The position numbers were made by a program, and so were the translations under genes. DNA of 64,000 nucleotides, from assembly GCA_965644295.1 (NCBI GenBank), contig CBFFRP010000461.1:1-64000 (forward strand). The letters run 5' to 3'. This DNA is from Paraphysomonas bandaiensis (Eukaryota; Protista; Chrysophyceae). Under the pieces are notes generated by a model. That model was not told the origin of the DNA. It searched no databases and saw nothing but the letters and a program-made list of their open reading frames with translations. The number at the start of each line of letters is the position of its first letter. The first letter of the stretch is position 1. Positions 54,165-64,000 of the stretch are shown one piece after another.

Positions 54165-54813
54165 TACAGATTGTTTGAATAAGTCAAAATTACAATAAAA
54201 AGAAGAAAATAATGATTTGGTGGCACACTATAAGTGACACCACTACGAGATGATTAAATGTAAAAGCTCACACAATACAACTGAGAAACATCATATGAGC
54301 TGAGGTTTCATGCAATTGAGTTAACAGTATAATAACATCAACCTCATATGTATGTGGATGTCTTGTTGCTTGTGACTGTACTCTCTCCTATACATTATAG
54401 AGTGAACTAGAGTAGAATTCCAACAAGAAAAAATATCCATAGCATACCCCCCCCCCTATACATATATATGTATATATCCACCTGCAAACATGTTCTGTTT
54501 GGTTATAGCACGCTACACGTTGTTTGAGGATATTGAGATATCTATATGTACTGTAGGTATACTGTATGTACTGTACTGTATATGTATATGTATGGGAGGT
54601 ATGCGGTAGTATGCCTAAAGTTGAAGAAGAGGAATCTGCTGCTGGTGAGGATGACCGGGAGGTGTTTTAGTATATGCTGCACAACGTAGATATCAACTGC
54701 ACACACTAGCAGGCAGTGTACACATACATACCTGTATATATTCTCGCTCGTATCTAACACAGTCCTGTCAAGACCATAACTAACCACATATTATATATAT
54801 ATAACCACCCACC

Positions 54814-55906
54814 ATGTCCTGCTGTTTTGCTACTATCAGTACATCTGATGTTGGTATTATAGAGCGGTTTGGGAAGTATAATCGACTAGCTAATCCTGGA
54901 TTAGTATTCGTTTGTTGTCCATATGAAATTATTGCCGGGAAAATTTCATTAAGAATTCAACAGCTTGATGTTACCTGTGAGACGAAGACATTAGATAATG
55001 TAAGAGAGTGTATATATATTCTAATCTGTGTGTGATGTTGTTATGATTGGCAGGTTTTTGTTATGGTTAATGTCAGTGTTCAGTATCAAGTTATCAGAGA
55101 GAAAGTGTACCAAGCGTTTTACTCTCTTTCTGACTCTCAGGTTTTATGCTACATATTTATCTGAATTCGGATTTAATCGTATGTGCAGGACCAAATGCGA
55201 TCTTATATTTATGATACACTTCGTGCTGCACTGTGTGCACTCACTCTGGATCAGGCATTTGACTGCAAGGACGAGGTTAGCCAGACTCTAAAGACTAACC
55301 TTCAAGAGGTATTCTCGGAGTACGGCTTTTCGATATGCCAGACTTTGGTGACTGATATCTCTCCTAACAACCGTGTGCGTGACGCCATGAATGAGATTAA
55401 CTCATCTATGCGTATCAAGGAGGCATCCTACCAACGCGCGGAGGGCGAGAAACTCCTCAAGGTAATCTTGCATCAACTAAGGAGTTTGTACTAATACAAC
55501 ATTATGTGTGTTTAGGTTAAGCGTGCGGAAGCAGAGGCGGAGAGCATGCATCTCTCTGGGGTTGGTGTAGCTAGATCCCGCCACGCCATCATGGATGGCC
55601 TTAAGTGAGTTTATTTCTATTCGACATTTTGTGTCTGACTGAATTATACACAGAGAGAGCATCTTGGAGTTTAATACGCAAGTTAGCGGCACATCTTCTC
55701 GTGATGTTATGGATCTTCTGGTTTTGACGCAGTACTTCGATGCCTTACAGGTGTCCGATTCTACATATGAGCGTGTACTTTCGGTTGATGTGTATGTCTT
55801 TGTATTACAGGAAGTTGGTAGCCACGCCGGCACGAAGACTGTATTCCTACCGAGTGACAGTAACAGTGTGCGATCTGGTGTCATGGAAGCTAATGCTGGC
55901 ATGTAG
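54814..55906 (+). CDS. SPFH/band-7 protein, HIR-like, paralogue 2 (multi-exon)
   Basis: [48 protein letters not shown]. Confidence 0.9.
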
Positions 55907-57269
55907 AGCTATTCTATTGTCGATTACTGAATATTTATGATGTGGTTATATATCCATGTCGTCAACAAAATATGATTAGCTGAATGAATGGAAATTATTA
56001 ATCTAAAATGCTGATGGTTATTCTATTTACACACTAGTTTTTCATATTATGGAGATAAGCTAGAAGAAAATCTTGGATAAGGAATACTGTCTCTTTTCAG
56101 CTTATTATTGGGTACAAAGAGGCGTTTTCATGTCTCGCGGTTATTATAACAATTTTGTATTGACGTAGTGAAAATATCAATTCTTACTTCACGAAAATTG
56201 TGACAAAATTTGTGGTCGTGCAGTTTTTCAACAATATGAAAGTTGGCTAAAATCATAGTTCATTACCACCTAATAGAACTGTTGAGTACAATAGTTTTGC
56301 CCTTTTTATACGAACAGTCATATGCTAGAATGTCATCTTAGAGTTTTATTATAATTTATAGAAAATCAGTATGACTTTGACACTACGAAATATTAGAACA
56401 GTGAGCTCTATGTATATTTCCAGATTTCCGTAGTAATTAAAAGGCGATATTGTAACAAGAACAGTTCTACTTCTTAAATGTATTAATAAGTCCATATATA
56501 GTAGTATAGGTGTGTGTCACATACACTGACTAGTAACACATTTTCTTAAATCGGAGATGGAATTATTTACTGGAGCAATTATAAACGTGAGTTGCAAATG
56601 AAACCCACGTATTAGTAATTATATCATTCACTACCACGTATTCTCAAAATTCACAATATTATCTGCATTCATTGATTATGCTACTTTGAAGACACTTATA
56701 CGCATAATTCGTTTCTTGTATAGAGTAGACGCAATAGAGTAAAGTATATCTGTATACTATACAAAACCCCAATAAAATTGGATAAAATAATAGCTCAGGG
56801 TGGCTAAAATGTCTGACTTTCACCTCATATTGATGATGCAAACATGCTTTACTTTGGACTATGTTTGAATTGCAAGAAATCTCATTGCTTGGATCTCTAT
56901 GAGAAGGACATGATTAGATATAACAGCCAGCATGCAAGATATCTGCTGTATAGGCGTAAAACCACAGGTTTATAGCTAAAAAACGTAAAGGGCCTTTATT
57001 TGTCCAATAGTCTAGAGTATGGACACGAAATCGTACCTATGGCCAGGTGGGTGGTGATTGGTTCATATTTTTTCAGTTCAACCTTTCAAGATACGATTTA
57101 TGTTCGACCACCCAATTCTGTGTACATCTGTACAGCTCACCTCTCTACATACACTCTGTACATATATACCCATACATACATATACATATACATACATATA
57201 GAGAGATCATCAGCATTAACCATCACAGATTATTAATCACTTACTCCACTCGCATCTCTCTACATTAAT

Positions 57270-57672
57270 ATGTTCGCTGTTACTAAACTCGCTCGGGCTA
57301 TTCCCCGTCATTCATTTGTGTGAGTAGACATCTTTACATATCATATACGTGTCTCATATATATATATATATATACAGCACCTCTGCGGCCTTCTCCCGCG
57401 CCACTGGATCTGTCAAATTCTTTGATGTAGCAAAAGGATTTGGATTCATTACACCTGATGATGGATCTGATGATGTATTTGTGCATCAGTCAGCTATTCA
57501 TGCGGAGGGATTCCGTTCACTTGCTGAGGGTGAGCCTGTTGAGTTCAACACTGAGATGGACATGACCAAGGGAAAGACCTTTGCTAGCAATGTCACCGGA
57601 CCTGATGGGGCTTATGTCCAGGGAGCCCCTCGTCAGCCCAGAAGAAACAGTTTCGATGACGACTACCGCTAA
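57270..57672 (+). CDS. Cold-shock domain protein with a probable mitochondrial presequence (2 exons)
   Basis: Exon 1 [17 protein letters not shown]; exon 2 [20 protein letters not shown]...VFVHQSAI...GFRSL (RNP1/RNP2). Confidence 0.9.
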
Positions 57673-57987
57673 GCAGTAGTTGTTAGACCCCTCATGTAGT
57701 TGATGTTTATATCGCACCAGCCAATCTATAGCAGTGATGGTACGTGTATCCCTTTAAGCCCTTCTAGTTTCAGTTATGCGAATGGAGTAGGCGTAGTATC
57801 ATCGTTTAACGTAATACCCAAATAATCAACTTGTGTGCTAGCATTTCTGCTGGCTACCCGCCCGCTTGATAAGTAGCGTAGACAGCACAGATTATAAACT
57901 ATTTTATTCTAAGAAGTGTACTACAACGTCAGTGCACAATAAACTGCATGACCACAAATAATACACAAAAGGCATTTAGTAGTAGTG

Positions 57988-58198
57988 ATAGGCGTTTCAG
58001 AGTTAGAGCTTTACAATGATATCCTACTACTCCTACTACAAAGCTGCTTGTGCGTCACTGCAAGCACCAAGGTGCAATCACTTTCGCTCTATCACTCAAA
58101 GCAAACGCAGTGAGCAAGCAGAATGTTGATATACCTGACATCTGCTGATGCCTGTTTATTCGTCAAGGCCTAAAGACGACTACACAAGTGACACTTAT
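57988..58198. repeat. Dispersed repeat family A, copy 3 (diverged, partial)
   Basis: Shares GCTGCTTGTGCGTC...CAAGCACCAAGGTGC and GATGCCTGTTTATT...TACACAAGTGACACTTA. Confidence 0.65.
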
Positions 58199-58207
58199 AT
58201 TATATTG

Positions 58208-58688
58208 CAGGGCCAGTCAACAATATATTGCAAGCAAAAATAATAATAATAATATTTTCAAGACCAATAATAATTATTAAATATGTTGCAATATATTGCA
58301 GTATATTGATATAGACTGGTATCCTATTACAGGTTATAAGAAAAACATATTTGTATGAGGATGATAGCATCAATTCAAGCAGTTTGGAGTTTACTATTTG
58401 GTGAATAACTTGACAGAGACAGACAGTACGAATAGTGTTCTTCGTTGCAGATAGTTATCATAATTGTTCGATGTTATTACAGTAGACGTGGTTTGTGATT
58501 ATGAAGAGTTGTTTATGATTAATCAAGTATATTTTCTAAGACACACTAGCATGAGCAATATATATCAATATATTGCAATATATTGCAAGGCCAAATTTTG
58601 CTAAAATAATAATCAATATATTGTAGCAAGCAAAAATAAATAATTACAATATCTATATTGCAATCCAATATATTTTTGACTGGCCCTG
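58208..58688. mobile_element. hAT-like MITE
   Basis: TIRs CAGGGCCAGTCAA / TTGACTGGCCCTG with CAATATATTG subterminal motifs; no 8-bp TSD seen. Confidence 0.65.
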
Positions 58689-59857
58689 TGTACCAGGGCC
58701 TGGCAATCGTAAATGGTAATGGCAATAATGGAAATGCCATTGTAAGTGCCGGATACTGGACTACCATTAATGGACCATTAATGACATCCCATTAATAGAG
58801 TGTACTAGCACTTGATATATATAGAACTAAGTGAAATCTAACCAATATGTCAAACAATGTTCATGCAACTGTGGAAACTTTATTGATTATCAGCGGCACA
58901 TTTAAGATTCAGAAAATAGTTTCCTGAGCAACAACATAGCAACGTACTCTTACTCAAAAACTCTAAAAAAACATTGAAAATATGCATATTTCACCTAGAA
59001 ACAAGCTCTCATAAAATATTGTTTCCCTCAAAGTTGAAAGAAGCTGCAGTACACAACTAAACAAAATAATTATACTCAGTATTTATACTATATATTAAGC
59101 AACGATGATGGTCAAAAAAAGTAAGGCAGTGTAAGGTACAGAGTCTTTTTCCGAGGACCACTGAGTCGGGCTTTATGTTTGTTTTCTGACACTGAGCGAG
59201 CGAACTGAAGACGTTTAAGAATTCCAGTTCACTCTCATCCGACAGCAATCACGACAAAAGTGTGCTGGACATCGCCGAGGTCACTAAGAGAGCTCGACTT
59301 GGTACCTATGAGTCCGCAAGTTGATAGCGAGCCGCAAGTTGATAGTATCGTGATTCTTACCTTTACTTGCACTGAAATCTGTCAAATAAAGTAGACTACA
59401 CTCCAAGCTTGTTCACCAGTATGCTAGATATTTAGATTCTAGATATCATGTATACTGGACTGTACATATCTTACATAGCACTGTCATCACACACCGCATA
59501 ATAGTATACATTTGTGTAGTGCTGTCTTACGCCATACTGTAGCTAGCTGTTTACTGTTTACTACACTGTATACTACACACCTACTATATAGTGCAGTATA
59601 CAGCTGTGCTTTCACTCCAATGACAGTCAACCTCCTGTATACGGGGATGACAGCAATGCAGTAAAAATAATATCTCATTTCATTCGGCCGATCTTGAACA
59701 CCGTCAGCACTACCTTCTATAGTTCTATAGGAATGCCTTGTATAATCATACTTTCAAGAAATCATTTCTTAATATACACTACATGCACGCTAACCAAAAT
59801 CGATCAATTCTTCCTTTCACAGTTGCCCTTACACAGCAATACAACTTTTACGTATCA

Positions 59858-62800
59858 TTATTCCAAATACACGTCTATAGAATCCACCTTCAGATCTCGG
59901 ATTTGCAACGTTAAATCAGTTCCAACAACACTGCCATTAACCTTGTACTCTTTTCCGTCTCTCATTCGTACCACGTAATATGTTGGGTTAATATTCCACG
60001 TATCAAGCAGTCCATAGTTATAATAAGTAACTTTTATGTCACCAAGGAACGTAAAACTCACAACACCACCTTCCGAAAAAAGCCAACGGGCTAGTACTGG
60101 ATTCAAACGTAAATTTACTTCACCGTGTTCGTTTAAGAAGAAGGGCTCGTGACCTTGTGTCATAATAGTCCACATTGACATAAATTCAGCTGTGGAACCA
60201 GACAATCGGGCTAGAAAGCTTGCCCCGTGTAGATTAGAATCAGGGAATGCCGTCGAAACAATAAAAGAGGCAGCTTCGAGAGGAGATCGCCCAAACACAT
60301 CTGAGTCCATGAAGGGAACTAGACCCGTAGAAATTTCGTGATAAAAAGCATCATACAACTTTGCCCGTAATAGCTCCAAATAAAACTTGTATGACATGTG
60401 TAGCCATACAGATTCATTTTCTAACCAGCCCGGGGAAAAGGCCATCATGCGACCAATCTCTTGTCTCATGCCAACTAACGAACCAGAGATCTTAAACATC
60501 TTCAGTTGAGGATCGAACAGCTCACTTTGTTTTACTTTCATATATATTTGGCGATTTTCTTCAACATCTGCGCTGGTCTTCATGTGCCGAACGGGGCCTT
60601 CCAGGAAGAGTGGTAGGGTTTTCAAGGCAAATTTTTTAGGAAACACATATTCTCCATTGGGACGAACAACTGTGATATTTTCAGCAGGTAATTTTTGCAC
60701 TGTATACTCAACACACTCGTAGTAAAAATATGTGGGTGGCAATCCGTTATTGGTTTCTAGAGCACGCGATATACCGTCATTTGTCTTGCGCTCAATTGCA
60801 TCCAGCAGCTCCAGAATTTTTTTCACTGACCACGTGACAGAGGTGCAAGATACATCTCCGACAGTTCTCTCGCGATATATTTCTCGTGCAGAATTAGATC
60901 GATCCCAGTGGTTAAACTCCGCCTGTTCAGTCGTGTGCTTCTTAGTATCTGCCGCAAAGTGTTCCAGAGAACTAGATATAGAATCCATAAAATCACTAAA
61001 TTCAATAGGAAATGAAATGTTTCGTTGACTACGCTGAAAACTACGTTGTAAATACCGCACGATCTGAAGCATTTCATAAGTTTCTGACATTTCTGAACCG
61101 AGAATTCCTGGAAGGCCATTCATTGCATCATTCCAACCCGGCTTTCCGCCCTCCATTTCCACACCCATACCAAAGGGGTCCATAGTCGAAAATTTAATTA
61201 CGGCTAGCATAGCAAGCTTAGTAATCGGCGATACCGTAAATATTTCTCCAGATTGACAGCGTTGCCAAATGCCAGCGGAATTGTCTTTTCCAGCCACATG
61301 GCGTGGGTCGTGATATATACGATGTAGAGCTTCTGCTCTTTCAGATGGGAATGACGGGTCCCCCGCTATAGACACTGCGTTGTACACTCGTACGGTTTTT
61401 CTATCAGATACCATAGGATCATCCACCAAAACATATCTACAGAGAACAATTAACACTTCATTGCAATCACAGCAGCATATAGCAGTATGTTAAATATATG
61501 AAAACGAAAGACACTAATAACATCAAATTTACGTAGAGTGATAACTAGATACAGTGTAGCAATCTTAAATTAAGATGTCCATACCTTAATTTTCTAGGCT
61601 TGACAACTGCAGGACTCATAAAGAATGGTATAGGATCTGCATCATACATCATCTCTACTTCCTTATCTGGGAAAACAAACAAATATGACTTGATTAAATC
61701 CAGAGTGTATGTCCAATGATCTGTCCAAAAGCCATTTTGCGCAAATATACCAGCCGTTGTTTGGTCTGACGCAGCGACGACACGGTCAACGAAATCATCT
61801 CGATTTATCGGGAAATGCATTCCATTTGCTTTCATATCTTTTAGCAATTGCCCGATACGAAATCCATTCGACACCATCTTCACCCACTTAGATTTCAGCG
61901 TAGAATTCATTCCTAGTGAAGTATAGAGCGCTTCTGCCTTGCTTGGAGTTATAGAAAATAGTGTGGAAGATACTGTTAAAGGATTGTACCCATCAGTTTG
62001 AATAAAGCTCAAAAACATTCGAACATTAAAGTCACCCACAACTGGCGAGTGTATTACATCATTCCGACGATTCTGATTAACATCTCTGAAATTTCCAGGC
62101 CCTTGGGAGAAATATGTCGTCTCAATATTAAAAAAGTTATAATCTCGCTCTAAGTCACCATGTATACGTGAAAACACGTGATATATTTTAGGCTTACTGT
62201 GAGGTTTGATATCGCCTAGTGCAATCGGTAATCCACCGCGTAGCACATTATCCAGAAAATTCTGACGAATGTACGCGTTGAAGAGTTCCGAACTGGTGTT
62301 GGTATTAACTCGTTTAGTGATGGTATGCACTAGTTCTCTCGCTCGGTGGTACTTTTCAGGGATAAATCCCTTCCGTCGGAGTTTTGGAACATGCTCATCA
62401 AAGAATTCATCTGATGATGATGCATGGCCGTAAATACTACTGATAACAACACTGCCACCTGAGTTGCAGTTAGAACAAGTGCATTTCTAATAACTACATT
62501 TCTAATAACTACACAACGGATTGCTGAAATATACCTGGTGGAATGTCAACCGATGCCCCGGCATAGGCACAAGGAGTTCGACTGGTAGTACCTGTATACA
62601 AACATAAGACGCTATGTGACTCTGTGTAAACGATGGCGGAACCGGTTAGGTCCTCACAGAGATAAGAAATAAAATTAAGGGAATAGGCATAATATAAAAT
62701 GACTTCGTGCCAGCGTTACTGAATATCTAACACAATGCTCACCTTGCGGCTGCATTATCAAGTCATGCACAGCAGGCGACTTCTTTGAAAAAAATTTCGA

Positions 62801-64000
62801 TGGCGACACTAGACTTGTATCAGTTCCAAATACAACATTAGGGTCCACTACAAAAGGCAGTAAGTCATAGTTGTCCACGTCAGGGTCATCAGAGATATGC
62901 ACTGAGGGTTTAGAGGGATTGAAGTCATCATCATCGCTGTCATCATCAGCAATACGCTCGCCTGTGTTGCTGAATACACCTACAGACGTAGATACAACAT
63001 TAGAACAGGTCAACAAGTATCGCGCACCCCATTTCTTCGAAAGACTTCCGGCAAAGTCGGTATACGACCACATATACCATTGAACAAATATACCACAACA
63101 TTGCAAGCACAGTAATATACACGACAACAACCATAAATAGCTAGTCTCATGTACCTTCTATGTACGCCAAAGCGTAATGACCCTCACGTATCACTTGTAC
63201 TTCTGCGGTATCTGCGGTTCCCTGGCTAGCATGATAGAATGGTAACGTTCTGTCCGTATTATCCATGTTGTATACATTCATCCAAGCCTCCATGGTGCGA
63301 CCCATGGCGTCCAAGTTGCCATTCGGAATTCCGCTCGGTTCAAGTTTGGTCAATCCATCCAACACTTCAAGTGATAGAGAGCTTTCACTATTTCGATTGG
63401 TGATTGTAACTCGACGAACCAACGCAGGAAAGGACTCATCCGGGACAGTAAAGTACAGCACGTTAGTCTCAAGTTCTTTTGATTCATCAACTTCATTAAT
63501 TTCTAGTTCATTCATGCCTGCATAATAACAATTAGTTGATCATACGCAGAACAGCGTCTCAGTTGGTGGTTGTAACGATAGAAGTACAATCACATATAAG
63601 CACTGCTGTACACGTATGTGTTGCATTTACCGATGCTCATATCACGCCTAGTAGTGCATTCTTCTCCTGTATGCGGAAAAAAAGGCATATGCATCCATGA
63701 CTTTTCGCCTATTTTGCCCTTCAAAAATGTTCTAAACCCTGTGAAGGGGGTCTGTTGGTACGCTTTCTCAGCGGTATTAAATTTGGCGATTCCGCCGTCT
63801 TTATTGTCCACACCAAAAGCCGTAATTCCCTGACCACGATTATTGTAAAATGCCCACATAGGTACTCCCCAAATGCCCCCTAATCCAGGGAGAAAGCTGG
63901 ACATTGGTTTCGCCTGATCATAGTTGTACATAATAAACCTTCCATTTTCATCGAACTTCGGTGCAATTGTGGGAATATCAGAATGATCATTAGGCGAAGA
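59858..64000 (-). CDS. Beta-1,3-glucan phosphorylase, GH161-like (multi-exon; 5' end beyond window)
   Basis: SFLPGLGGIWGVPMWAFYNNRGQ, FSRIHGDLERDYN, GNFRDVNQNRR, EGGKPGWNDAMNGLPG, GWLENESVWLHMSYK, ARLSGSTAEF. Confidence 0.8.

Overview
Eukaryotic genomic DNA with spliceosomal introns, probably from a stramenopile/ochrophyte given the GH161-type glucan phosphorylase gene. The main structure is a three-level nesting. (1) A 14-exon host gene (8591-40260, +) encodes ankyrin repeats (one 99-nt exon per repeat, variable at the binding surface), an Ala/Glu-rich micro-exon stalk and a RING/IBR (RBR-like) E3 ligase module. (2) Its ~28-kb fourth intron holds a Mutator-like transposon (10323-37436) inside a (TACA)n microsatellite; the transposase is fused in frame to a HECT ubiquitin-ligase domain. 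(3) That transposon holds an apparently intact ~21.7-kb AT-rich Polinton-like virus (15470-37187) with ~0.84-kb TIRs. The virus encodes major and minor capsid proteins, packaging ATPase, adenain-like protease, rve integrase with chromodomain, a short PolB, SF3 helicase, lipase and two fibres. It also shows a candidate -1 frameshift, two promoter motifs and a structured non-coding island. The rest of the window holds the 3' part of a Ty3/Gypsy element, non-autonomous MULE/hAT-like repeats, a TIR-flanked REase-fold gene, and host genes (CNNM, PTPDC1-like, two SPFH paralogues, cold-shock protein, GH161). All calls are from motif reading by eye; no searches were run.
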